From the NCBI GenBank assembly GCA_965217185.1, contig OZ244252.1, forward strand, positions 704,001 through 768,000: a stretch of DNA of 64,000 nucleotides, written 5' to 3'. Shown here piece by piece: positions 1 through 8,991 of this stretch. The first letter of the stretch is position 1, and every line of letters starts with the position of its first letter. The notes below the pieces were generated by a model. The model saw only the letters and a list, made by a program, of their open reading frames with translations, made no database searches and was not told where the DNA came from. The position numbers and the translations under genes were made by a program. Source of the stretch: an uncultured Candidatus Entotheonella sp. (lineage in GTDB: Bacteria > Tectomicrobia > Entotheonellia > Entotheonellales > Entotheonellaceae).

Positions 1-260
1 ATGATCATGAAGGAACAGCCGCCGACGCTGGTGCCGTCCACGTAGCGCGGCGTGATGCCCAGCGCCTCGCCGAGCAGGGCCGGGGAGTGCTGCCCGGCGG
101 TGAAGATGCCGTCTACGTCGCTCACCTGCAGGCCGGCGTCGCGCACCGCGTTGCTGATCGCTTCCAGGTGCAGAGCCAGCTGGCTGGTATTGGGCAGCAC
201 GCCGATGGCGTCGCTCTCGTCCACACCGACGATACATACGGAATTGCTTAAGCCTTTCAT
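1..260 (-). CDS. Thiolase-family (SCP2/lipid-transfer-type acetyl-CoA acetyltransferase) protein, 5' part; runs off window start
   Basis: Manual translation from ATG at 260: MKGLSNSVCIVGVDESDAIG...AVRDAGLQVSDVDGIF...RYVDGTSVGGCSF; AGAGG RBS; typical partner of the adjacent DUF35 gene. Confidence 0.8.
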   Translation of the reverse strand, partial: MKGLSNSVCIVGVDESDAIGVLPNTSQLALHLEAISNAVRDAGLQVSDVDGIFTAGQHSPALLGEALGITPRYVDGTSVGGCSFMI

Positions 261-295
261 ACGGACCTCTCTTGCCGCCGGATTTCGACCGGGGG

Positions 296-712
296 TTAGC
301 TGGCTGGCTGGAACAGGGGAAGCGTGACGTCGTCGTTCAGCTTGTGGAACACCACCTCCACCGGCATGTCGCAACGGATGACCTGCGGGTCGGGCTCGAT
401 GTTGATGAGGTTGGACAGCATGCGCGGCCCTTCTTCGAGTTGCACCATGGCCAGGACGTAGGGCAGGGGGGTCTTGACCTCGCGCACGAATGCACGGTGG
501 AGAATTTCAAATGAATACAAGACACCCTTGCCGCTGGCTTCGACCCAGGAGATGTTGCGGGAGTGGGTGAACGGGGAAACGGCGCGCGGGTAGAAGAAGA
601 CCTGGCCGGTGTCGTCGCATCTGGGGAGCAGCAGCTTGCCTTCCTTCAGGCCGTCCCAGAACGGTCTGGTTTCCGGGGTTATCGGAGCTGGCAAGGGGCG
701 TTCAAGTTCCAT
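296..712 (-). CDS. DUF35 Zn-ribbon/OB-fold protein (ChsH2-like thiolase partner)
   Basis: TRPFWDG...FFYPR...G.LYSF...PYVLAMVQLEEGPRMLSNL pattern. Confidence 0.88.
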   Translation of the reverse strand: MELERPLPAPITPETRPFWDGLKEGKLLLPRCDDTGQVFFYPRAVSPFTHSRNISWVEASGKGVLYSFEILHRAFVREVKTPLPYVLAMVQLEEGPRMLSNLINIEPDPQVIRCDMPVEVVFHKLNDDVTLPLFQPAS

Positions 713-884
713 CGGCTTCCTTTCCGAGGCGTGGCCAAAGACCGGTAACGGATTGTGGTTGACTGGGGCGCCACTATACGCCGATTGCGTGGTGGAATCT
801 ACGCGCTATTGACTCGCAAGGCCGTTTTGGTCATGCTGATTCGCCCGGTTGCGCGCACGGAAAATGGTGGACCCACTGAGGAGA

Positions 885-2084
885 ATGACCATGTCGCGGC
901 GTATGGACGTTTACCTGGAATCCCTGGTTGCGACGGAACGGTTCATGTTCTACCAGACGGTGTGCGAATTTGCGCAGCAGGAGATCGCGCCGCACCTGTT
1001 GAGCTGGGAACGGCAACGCTGCCTGCTGCCCGAAAAGGCCGTGCAGGCGATGGCGGACCTGGGGCTGTTCGGCCTCACGGTTGGGGAGGAATACGGCGGC
1101 CAGGGTGGCTTGCAGACGGAGCTGGTGCTGATGGGCTTGGCGCTGGGCTACCACAGCCATAGCGTCGCCATCACGCCGGGCGCTGCCGCCAGCCTGGGCA
1201 TCAAGCCGCTGCAACTGTACGGACGCGGGGATCAGAAACAAGCCCATCTCCCGGACCTGGCAGCGGGCCGCCGCATGTTCGTCTTCGGCCTGTCGGAGCC
1301 GGGGCGGGGCTCGGACGCTGCCAATCCGCAAGTCACCGCCACGCGCATCCCCGGCGGCTGGCGTTTGAACGGTGAGAAGTGCTGGTCCACCAATGCCAAA
1401 TGGGCCAGCCACGTCGTCGTGCACGCCATGACCCGGCCGCAGAACCCGCCCGGGCACCGCTCCACCTGCTTCATCGTGCCGATGGACGACCCCAGCCTCT
1501 CGTACCACGAAATGGGCGGCAAGGAGGTGTGGCTGCAATCCTCCACCGGCGCCATCGCCCTGGACGGCGTCGCGGTGCCGGAATCGGCCATGCTGGGCGA
1601 GGAGGACGAGGGATTCCGGGTGATGGTGACGACACTGAACGGCGGCCGCTTGTTCATCGCCTCGCTGGCGTTGGCCTCACTGGCCTTCGCGCTGGACGCC
1701 TGCCGCAGCTACGCACAGGAGCGCCAACAGTTCGCCGATCAGCCGATCGGGCGGTTCCAGCGCGTGCAGGACGTGCTGCTCGACATGGACATCGCCCTGG
1801 AGCAGGGCCTCACTTGGCTGATGCACTGCGTGGCCCAGTACGAGGCCGGCAATCTGAGCCGCGAGTCGGCGGCCAAGGTCAAGATCGAGTGCTCACGGCG
1901 CGCCTCCGAGCTGCTGCCGCTGGCCATGGAAATCTGCGGCGGCGTCGCCTGTCTCGACGAATTTGGGCTCATCCGCCACCAGCGCGACCTGTTCGTGTGC
2001 CGCGTCGGCGAGGGCAGCAACTTCGCCCTGAAGACTCTGGCGGTGCGGCCGCTGATGCCCAATATCCAGGAATTGTTGCACTAG
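885..2084 (+). CDS. Acyl-CoA dehydrogenase
   Basis: FGLSEPGRGSDAA, LNGEKCWSTNA, RQQF..PIGRFQ, RVGEGSN motifs; start 885 or 891 after GAGGAG. Confidence 0.92.
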   Translation: MTMSRRMDVYLESLVATERFMFYQTVCEFAQQEIAPHLLSWERQRCLLPEKAVQAMADLGLFGLTVGEEYGGQGGLQTELVLMGLALGYHSHSVAITPGAAASLGIKPLQLYGRGDQKQAHLPDLAAGRRMFVFGLSEPGRGSDAANPQVTATRIPGGWRLNGEKCWSTNAKWASHVVVHAMTRPQNPPGHRSTCFIVPMDDPSLSYHEMGGKEVWLQSSTGAIALDGVAVPESAMLGEEDEGFRVMVTTLNGGRLFIASLALASLAFALDACRSYAQERQQFADQPIGRFQRVQDVLLDMDIALEQGLTWLMHCVAQYEAGNLSRESAAKVKIECSRRASELLPLAMEICGGVACLDEFGLIRHQRDLFVCRVGEGSNFALKTLAVRPLMPNIQELLH

Positions 2085-2095
2085 GCGGGGAAGCC

Positions 2096-3184
2096 ATGAC
2101 GACGCGCGTTTACAACTTCAATGCCGGGCCGGCGACGTTGCCGCTGACCGTTTTGCAGCAGGTGCAGATGGACCTGCTCGACTTCGGCGGCACCGGCATG
2201 TCCATCCTGGAAACCAGCCACCGCGGGCCGGTGTACGACGAGATTCACCAGCAGGCCATCGCCGACCTGCGAGAGCTGTTTGGCGGCAGCGACGACCACG
2301 CCATCCTGTTCATGGGCGGTGGCGCGCAGACGCAGTTCGCCCTGATACCGATGAACCTGCTACCCCAGGGCGGACACGCTGCCTATCTGGAGACCGGCGT
2401 CTGGGGCGAGGCGGCCCGCGAGGAAGCCGGCAAGATGGGCGACGCCCGCACCCTGTGGTCCAGCGCCCCCTGCGGCCACGACCGCGTTCCCGGTCCTGAC
2501 GATTACCAGGTGCCCCCGGACGCCGCCTACCTGCATTACACCAGCAACAACTCGATCATGGGCACGCAGTACGCCGCCGTTCCCGAAGCGGGCGAGGTGC
2601 CGCTGGTGTGCGACATGTCGTCGGACATCCTGAGCTACCCCATCGATCTGAAACAGTTCGGGCTCATCTACGGCGGCGCCCAGAAGAACATGGGGGCGGC
2701 CGGCGTCACGCTGGTGGTCATCCGGCGCGACCTGCTGACACGTTGCCGCTCCGACCTGCCGACGATGCTGAGTTATGCCGGCATGGCGGCTACCAACTCG
2801 CTGCAGAACACGCCGCCGGTGTTCGCCATCTACATTGTCGGCCTGGTTGCCCGGCGCATGCTGGAGCAGGGCGGCATGACGGCGGTGGCGGCCCGCAACG
2901 ACGAGAAGGCTGGGCTGCTGTACGGCGCCATCGACGACTCCGGCGGCTTTTACCGCGGCCACGCACAGCCGGGCAGCCGCTCGCGCATGAACGTTACGTT
3001 CCACCTATCGAGCGAGGAGTTGACGGCGCTGTTCGTCAGCGAGGCTGCCGGAGAAGGGCTGCTGGGCCTGAAAGGGCATCAGGCCCTCGGTGGCATCCGC
3101 GTTTCCCTGTACAATGCCGTGACCGTCGACGCCGTGCGCGCCTTGGTGGACTTCATGGCGGCGTTTCGGCAGCGGCATGGCTGA
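2096..3184 (+). CDS. serC: Phosphoserine aminotransferase
   Basis: YNFNAGPA, SILETSHRG, CDMSSD, GAQKNMG (PLP Lys), NTPPVF, GGIRVSLYNA; true start ATG 2096 inside ORF 1379..3184. Confidence 0.96.
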   Translation: MTTRVYNFNAGPATLPLTVLQQVQMDLLDFGGTGMSILETSHRGPVYDEIHQQAIADLRELFGGSDDHAILFMGGGAQTQFALIPMNLLPQGGHAAYLETGVWGEAAREEAGKMGDARTLWSSAPCGHDRVPGPDDYQVPPDAAYLHYTSNNSIMGTQYAAVPEAGEVPLVCDMSSDILSYPIDLKQFGLIYGGAQKNMGAAGVTLVVIRRDLLTRCRSDLPTMLSYAGMAATNSLQNTPPVFAIYIVGLVARRMLEQGGMTAVAARNDEKAGLLYGAIDDSGGFYRGHAQPGSRSRMNVTFHLSSEELTALFVSEAAGEGLLGLKGHQALGGIRVSLYNAVTVDAVRALVDFMAAFRQRHG

Positions 3185-3205
3185 GCGGCGCCGGGAAGGG
3201 GAGGC

Positions 3206-4147
3206 GTGAAGGCGCGGTACCTGTCGTTCAAACCGTTCCTGCTGTGGCGGAACGTCGAGTGGCCCATCGACTGGCCGGGACAGTTTGGCTCGCAGACCCC
3301 CTTGGAAGTGGAAATCGGCTTTGGTAACGGCGAGTTTCTGGTGCGCCGGGCGCAAGAGCGACCGGATCGGCACTTCATCGGCATCGAACTCGAATGGGCG
3401 TCGGTGCAGCGTGCCTTGCGGCGTGTTGCAAAATCCCAGGTTTCTAACGTTCGATTGTTACTGGTTGACGCCCACTTGGCGCTGCAGCGTCTCTTCGATC
3501 CGCTCGCGCTGCAGCGCGTCTACAGCCTGTTTCCGTGCCCATGGCCGAAAGAACGCCACGCCAAGTATCGCCTGTTTTCGCACGCCTTCCTCACGCTCCT
3601 CAACAGCCGCCTGCAGCCGGATGGCGAGGTGCTCGTGGCTACCGACCACGAGCCCTACCTGCGCTGGGTGCTGGAGCAAATTCCCGGCAGCGGCTTCGAG
3701 GCGGATTGGCGGGTTATTGCACCGCATTTTCGTACCAAGTACGAACGCAAGTGGGTGGCCGGCGGACAGCAGGTATTTTACGAATTGCGGCTGCAAAAAG
3801 TCGCGCATCACGCCGTGCCGCTGACCAAGGAGATTGACGTGCAAGCTCGCCGCGTGGAGCAATTCGATCCCCAGCAATTGAAACTGCCTAGGGCCAGCAA
3901 GCTTTGTTCCGACCACCCGCCGGTTACCGTCCGTTGCCGAGACTTCCTTTACGACCCGGAGCGCCGCAAGGCCATGGTCGCGGTGCTCGTTGCCGAGGCG
4001 GACCTGACGCAGGATTTCTGGATCGAGATCGTTTGCCGCGGCGATCACTGGAGCATCCGTCCCGCCCGCGGCTGCGGCGTGGTGTTCACCGCCGGCGTGC
4101 AGCGCGCCATCGATCTGATCTGGGAAGCGGCCGCCGGTAAGCCGTGA
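3206..4147 (+). CDS. trmB: tRNA (guanine46-N7)-methyltransferase with C-terminal extension
   Basis: EIGFGNGEF, FPCPWPKERH..RL, ATD, TKYERKW motifs. Confidence 0.9.
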   Translation: MKARYLSFKPFLLWRNVEWPIDWPGQFGSQTPLEVEIGFGNGEFLVRRAQERPDRHFIGIELEWASVQRALRRVAKSQVSNVRLLLVDAHLALQRLFDPLALQRVYSLFPCPWPKERHAKYRLFSHAFLTLLNSRLQPDGEVLVATDHEPYLRWVLEQIPGSGFEADWRVIAPHFRTKYERKWVAGGQQVFYELRLQKVAHHAVPLTKEIDVQARRVEQFDPQQLKLPRASKLCSDHPPVTVRCRDFLYDPERRKAMVAVLVAEADLTQDFWIEIVCRGDHWSIRPARGCGVVFTAGVQRAIDLIWEAAAGKP

Positions 4148-5229
4148 AGGAGACCGCCATGCAATCCGATCACGCATCCGGTCCGCGCACCGACCTGCGG
4201 GACGGTTTTTCGGACCAACTGCGCCCGACCGTAGCCCTCGACTTGGCGAGCGTCGAGAGCTTCTCGGACCTCGTCGCGGCTATGAGCCAAACGGCCTTTG
4301 GCGGACGCAATCTTGGCGAGGCCGCCGACGTGTTGTACGACATGGTCGCCGATCCGGACTGCTTCGTGGTCGGAACTTTTTCCGGTGCCATGACTATTGC
4401 CAAAATGGGTCTGGTGCTCTCCGACATGATCGAGCACCGCATGCTCGACGCCGTGGTGTCCACCGGCGCCCTGATGGCGCATGGCTTTGTCGAAGCCGCC
4501 GGTCGCACCCATTTCAAGTACGATCCCGCCATGGACGACCGCGAGTTGTATTACCGCGGTTACAACCGCGTCTACGACACCCTCGAATTGGAAAAGAATC
4601 TCGACGACATTTCCGACATCCTGGTGCGCGTGCTGGAAAACGTCGATCCCGGCCACACCCTGAGCAGCCACGAGATCAACCGTCTGATCGGCGCCTATCT
4701 GCTGGAACAGGGGGCAGGCCGCGGCATTCTGCAAAGCGCCTGCAAACACCAGGTGCCGGTTTACGTGCCCGCCTTCACCGATTCCGAACTGGGGTTGGAT
4801 TTCGCGTTGTACAACCGTCAGCGGCGCGCTGCCGGCAAGCCGGCATTTGCTTTCGACCCGTTTCTAGACCTGGAGCACTACGCCGAATGCCTCCGTCCCC
4901 GCGAGGTGCTGGGCATTTTCACTATCGGCGGCGGTGTGCCCCGCAACTGGGGTCAGCAGGTCGGCCCGTATCTGGAAATCATCCAGAAACGCATCGGTCA
5001 CGGCGGTGCCTTCCGGCGTTTTACGTACGGCGTGCGCATCTGCCCCGAGCCGGTGCACTGGGGCGGCTTGTCGGGCTGCACCTACGCCGAGGGCATTTCG
5101 TGGGGCAAATTCGTGCCGCCCAACGAGGGCGGGCGGTTTGCCGAGGTGCCGTGTGACGCTACCATTGCCTGGCCGCTGCTCGTCAAGAGCGTGCAGGAGC
5201 GCTTGGCGGCGCGTCCGCAGGAGGGTTGA
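4144..5229 (+). CDS. Deoxyhypusine synthase-like protein (possible homospermidine synthase)
   Basis: VSTGA..HG, R.YD, PAFTDSELG, IGGGVPRN, GGLSG..Y.EGISWGK (catalytic Lys). Confidence 0.9.
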   Translation: MKETAMQSDHASGPRTDLRDGFSDQLRPTVALDLASVESFSDLVAAMSQTAFGGRNLGEAADVLYDMVADPDCFVVGTFSGAMTIAKMGLVLSDMIEHRMLDAVVSTGALMAHGFVEAAGRTHFKYDPAMDDRELYYRGYNRVYDTLELEKNLDDISDILVRVLENVDPGHTLSSHEINRLIGAYLLEQGAGRGILQSACKHQVPVYVPAFTDSELGLDFALYNRQRRAAGKPAFAFDPFLDLEHYAECLRPREVLGIFTIGGGVPRNWGQQVGPYLEIIQKRIGHGGAFRRFTYGVRICPEPVHWGGLSGCTYAEGISWGKFVPPNEGGRFAEVPCDATIAWPLLVKSVQERLAARPQEG

Positions 5230-5233
5230 CAGC

Positions 5234-5461
5234 GTGGCGACAGAACGACTGAGCTTGCGAATCGACGCGGATCTCAAGAAGCGCCTTGAACGGGAAGCCC
5301 AGGCCGAGAAACGAGCCGCGGTCCGCGCGACGGTCTCAGAAGCCGACGAGGGTGCCTTCATTTCGCAGGAGGCGATGGACGCCTGGATTTCCTCCTGGGG
5401 TAAGGCCTCGAAGCTTCCGCCGCCCGAACCCGATATTCACATCGTTTCGACCGACCGATGA
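5234..5461 (+). CDS. CopG/RHH-type antitoxin (possibly internally deleted)
   Basis: VATERLSLRIDADLKKRLEREA...ADEGAFISQEAMDAWISSWG...PPPEP; ATGA overlap with a toxin-like stub. Confidence 0.7.
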   Translation: MATERLSLRIDADLKKRLEREAQAEKRAAVRATVSEADEGAFISQEAMDAWISSWGKASKLPPPEPDIHIVSTDR

Positions 5462-5540
5462 AGCTTGTTTTCTTGCCGTTCGTCCGTTCGGAACTGCTGT
5501 GGATACGCACCTACTACTTTCACACTTTCCCGGATTGCGC
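5458..5540 (+). pseudogene. RelE/ParE-type toxin N-terminal remnant
   Basis: MKLVFLPFVRSELLWIRTYY resembles a ParE N-terminus; similarity is lost after about 27 codons. Confidence 0.5.
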
Positions 5541-5814
5541 TCTGGAACCAAAGAAATTCCGAATTGAGGAAACATCAGATGATGAGGGCAACTCTGTACA
5601 AGAGTGGCGGGCATCGCGGACGATCCCCGGACGCTTTTGTCGGTTCTATACAGAGGATGAAGGGTTCGGTGCCGCCGGTGAAAGTTTCTGCCGAGTTTTA
5701 ATTTCCCGGGTAGCCTGTACTACCCGGTTATTCCGCGGTCACGTCAGTCTGACCAGCCCGGCTACTTACGACGACAGCCTGTCGTTATACTACCTCCGAT
5801 CAAGGGAGCGAAGA

Positions 5815-6693
5815 ATGCCATCGACAGCATCGCGGCTGCAGCTGGAGTTAAACGCCATAACCGGAAGACTTGAAGACCTCCTTAAGGAACTGCCGATCGA
5901 ACGTTTTGAAAATACTGCTCCCGGCATTGTATTCATCTGTCCAGAATATCATTGGGGTCAGGCGTCTGCTGAACAGGTCAAGGCTCAACTCGCAATCAAG
6001 CGCGACTATGAGCGGTGGTTTGAGGTCTTCAGTTCGGTCTTTCGCATAGCTCCTGACAACCTAAGCCGCAGAATTAAGGAGGCTGATCAAGAGTTTCGTC
6101 AATGGGTGGAGTTGAATTCAAACTGGATACTCTCTTCTGACCGCGTAGTGAATGAGAAGCACCTACGGGAAGTTGCGGAACGATTCGAAGAGATACTTGC
6201 CATAGTGAAGTCCGATGGAACTGTCGAAACCATCTTGATTCCTGATACAAACGCAGTGATTAACGCGCCTGATCCGACTGCATACAAGGCCATCGCCGAT
6301 GCCGATGATGACCGTTTTGTGTTTCTTCTGCTACCTACTGTTCTGGCCGAACTGGACACATTGAAAAATTCTCACAGGAATGAGGGCTTCAGAGAAAAAG
6401 TGAAAAAGGCCATTACTAGGATCAAGGGCTGGCGCCGTCAAGGGTCCCTTCTTGATGGAGTAACAGTAAATAAAAACATCACCGTCAAGGCTGGCGCCAT
6501 CGAGCCGGATATGGAGCATACCCTGACGTGGCTCGATGAACATAATCGAGATGACCGGATTATCGCGACTGTTCTGGAAGCCCAATCCGCCCATCCTGCT
6601 GCACGAGCGATTCTGGTATCTGGGGATATCAACTTGTTGAGTAAGGCCGATATGGTTTGGATAGAAACAGCCGAATCGCCGAAACAAAGCTAA
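5815..6693 (+). CDS. PIN-domain protein (PIN_4/Swt1-like) with N-terminal helical domain
   Basis: ILIPDTNAVI, PTVLAELD, NRDDRII, LVSGDINL acidic PIN motifs; GGGAG RBS before ATG 5815; lower GC. Confidence 0.8.
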   Translation: MPSTASRLQLELNAITGRLEDLLKELPIERFENTAPGIVFICPEYHWGQASAEQVKAQLAIKRDYERWFEVFSSVFRIAPDNLSRRIKEADQEFRQWVELNSNWILSSDRVVNEKHLREVAERFEEILAIVKSDGTVETILIPDTNAVINAPDPTAYKAIADADDDRFVFLLLPTVLAELDTLKNSHRNEGFREKVKKAITRIKGWRRQGSLLDGVTVNKNITVKAGAIEPDMEHTLTWLDEHNRDDRIIATVLEAQSAHPAARAILVSGDINLLSKADMVWIETAESPKQS

Positions 6694-6809
6694 AGCCGGC
6701 GGATTGGACAGTAAGGAATTTCACGCCCAAACTGGACGTGCATTTCGCCTGCCTGAAAGTCCCGAAGGGGTAAAATGCTGACAGCGCCAGTCGAAACGGC
6801 GGGCAGGAC

Positions 6810-7826
6810 GTGACGGCCGCTTCCAATCCCCGTATATCCATCCTGCTGCCGGCTTGGAATGCCGCGCAAACCCTGCCCGCCTGTCTACGCAGCCTGCAAC
6901 GCCAGAGCGAGGAACGTTGGCACTGCGTGATCGTCGATGACGGCTCGCAGGATGACACCCTGGCATGTGCCCGCGACTTTGTAGCTCAAGACCCGCGCTT
7001 TGAGATCGTCAGCACACCCCATCGCGGCATTGTTCCTGCCCTGAACACCGGGTTGCAACGGTGCCGTGCACCCCTGATTGCCCGCATGGACGCCGACGAC
7101 CTGATGCACCGCCACCGCCTGGCAGCGCAGGCGCAGGCGCTGCGAGCAGATCCCCGACTCGCCGCCGTCGGTTGTCACGTTCGCCTGTTTCCACGCCGCC
7201 ATCTGAGGCCCGGCCGACGTGCCTACGAGCGCTGGTTGAACAGCCTGGACTCGGCGGACCGGGTGCGGCAGGACGCCTTTGTCGAGTGTCCGGTGGCGCA
7301 CCCGACGCTGATGATGCGCCGGGCCCTGTTGATGGATCTCGGCTATCGAGACTGCGGTTGGCCGGAAGATTACGATCTGCTGTTACGCATCCTGACGCGC
7401 GGCTGGCGGGTAGGCGTGGTGCCGCGGCGGCTGTTGAGTTGGCGCGACGCCCCGCAACGCCTGTCGCGCACCCATCCGGCCTACGACTTGGCACGCTTCA
7501 CGGCCTGCAAGGCGGCCTTTCTCGCCCATCACTTTTTGGCTGACACGGATACCTACGTGCTGTGGGGCTATGGCAGCACCGGCAAGGCGCTGCGGCGCGC
7601 CCTGCTGCGGTACGGTAAAACGCCCTCGCACATCGTCGAGCTGCATCCCGGACGGCTGGGCAAGCGCATTCACGGCGCCCCGGTTATCCCGCCGCAGGCG
7701 TTGCCGGGCCTGCCGCGACGTCCGCTGATCGCCTCGGTGGCCGGGGAGCAGGCGCGGGGCGAGATTCGGAACGCCCTTGGGCACATGGGCTTCGTCGATG
7801 GCCGGGACTTCGTTTGTGCAGCTTAA
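6810..7826 (+). CDS. Glycosyltransferase family 2
   Basis: ISILLPAWN, IVDDGSQD, ARMDADD, PEDYDL motifs. Confidence 0.92.
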   Translation: MTAASNPRISILLPAWNAAQTLPACLRSLQRQSEERWHCVIVDDGSQDDTLACARDFVAQDPRFEIVSTPHRGIVPALNTGLQRCRAPLIARMDADDLMHRHRLAAQAQALRADPRLAAVGCHVRLFPRRHLRPGRRAYERWLNSLDSADRVRQDAFVECPVAHPTLMMRRALLMDLGYRDCGWPEDYDLLLRILTRGWRVGVVPRRLLSWRDAPQRLSRTHPAYDLARFTACKAAFLAHHFLADTDTYVLWGYGSTGKALRRALLRYGKTPSHIVELHPGRLGKRIHGAPVIPPQALPGLPRRPLIASVAGEQARGEIRNALGHMGFVDGRDFVCAA

Positions 7827-7928
7827 TCTTGCCTTTGATGCCGAAGTCAGGCGCTGGGACGCAGGGTAAGCGCGCATGGCGTCATCCAGCCAACACCTGC
7901 GATAGACTGAGCATGGTCGGATCAAAAT

Positions 7929-8017
7929 GTAGGTCGGATTAGCGAAGCGTAATCCGACATTCCGCCACGCCCGTGGGTTCCCGCTGTCGGATTACGCCTG
8001 CGGCTAATCCGACCTAC
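7929..8017. repeat. GTAG-type REP doublet (REPIN-like inverted pair)
   Basis: GTAGGTCGGATTAGCGAAGCGTAATCCGACA ... TGTCGGATTACGCCTGCGGCTAATCCGACCTAC; each arm is itself a hairpin. Confidence 0.85.
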
Positions 8018-8130
8018 TTATGCGTTCATCCTGCGCCGATTCCCGCTACAGAAGCCCAGGGCGGCGTGCTACGATAGGCTCCAATGGCTCCCGCAAGATA
8101 CTCTAGCCTCGTCTCTCACCTGGATTCGGC

Positions 8131-8991
8131 ATGAACATCCTGATAGCAGGTTGCGGCTACGTCGGCACCGCCCTCGGGGTGCATCTGGCCGCCGATGGGC
8201 ATGACGTGTGGGGCCTGCGGCGGCGTCCCGAAGGATTGCCGGACACGGTGCGGCCGCTGGCCGCCGACTTGACGGACCCCGCAACGCTGCGCGATCTGCC
8301 GCCGGGTCTGGACGTCGCGTATTACACCGCCGGAGCGGCGGACAGCTCGGAGGCCGCCTACCGAACGGCATACGTCGATGGCCCGCGCCACCTGTTGGAG
8401 GCGCTGCAGCAACAAGGCCAGCGTCCGCGCCGGGTGGTGTTCACCTCCAGCACCGGGGTTTACGCGCAGGGGCGCGGCGAGTGGGTGGACGAGGATTCGC
8501 CCGCGGAGCCGCTGCACGCCGGAGGGCAACATCTGCTGGCGGGCGAACGACTCTTTCTGGACGGCGCCTTGCCCGCCACCGTGCTGCGTCTGGCCGGCAT
8601 CTATGGGCCGGGGCGTACGCGCCTGATCGAAAACCTGCGGCAGGGCAACGCCACGTATCAGGACAGCCCGCCGGTCTATCTCAATCTCATTCACCGTGAC
8701 GACTGCGTCGGCGCGCTGCGTCATCTGGCGGCCCTGGCCCGCCCGGCGTCGCTGTACGTCGGGGTCGATTACCGGCCCGTCGAGCGCGGCACGTTGCTGC
8801 GCTGGCTCTCCGGCGTGCTGGACACACCGCCGCCGCGCCTGATGGCGGCCTCAACGAACCGGCGCAGCAACAAACGCTGCCGCAACGCCCGTCTGGCGGC
8901 TTCCGGCTACCCGTTCCGATACCCCACGTTTCAACACGGCTACAGCGCGATCATCGACGCGCTGCCCAAGGAGAAAAAGCCCTATGTCTAA
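8131..8991 (+). CDS. NAD-dependent epimerase/dehydratase (atypical SDR, YeeZ-like)
   Basis: ILIAGCGYVG, FTSSTGVY, LRLAGIYGPGR, IHRDD. Confidence 0.9.
   Translation: MNILIAGCGYVGTALGVHLAADGHDVWGLRRRPEGLPDTVRPLAADLTDPATLRDLPPGLDVAYYTAGAADSSEAAYRTAYVDGPRHLLEALQQQGQRPRRVVFTSSTGVYAQGRGEWVDEDSPAEPLHAGGQHLLAGERLFLDGALPATVLRLAGIYGPGRTRLIENLRQGNATYQDSPPVYLNLIHRDDCVGALRHLAALARPASLYVGVDYRPVERGTLLRWLSGVLDTPPPRLMAASTNRRSNKRCRNARLAASGYPFRYPTFQHGYSAIIDALPKEKKPYV

Noticed and set aside
1379..2095. N-terminal extension of the 601-aa serC ORF
   Set aside because: Shadow frame over the acyl-CoA dehydrogenase; real start at 2096
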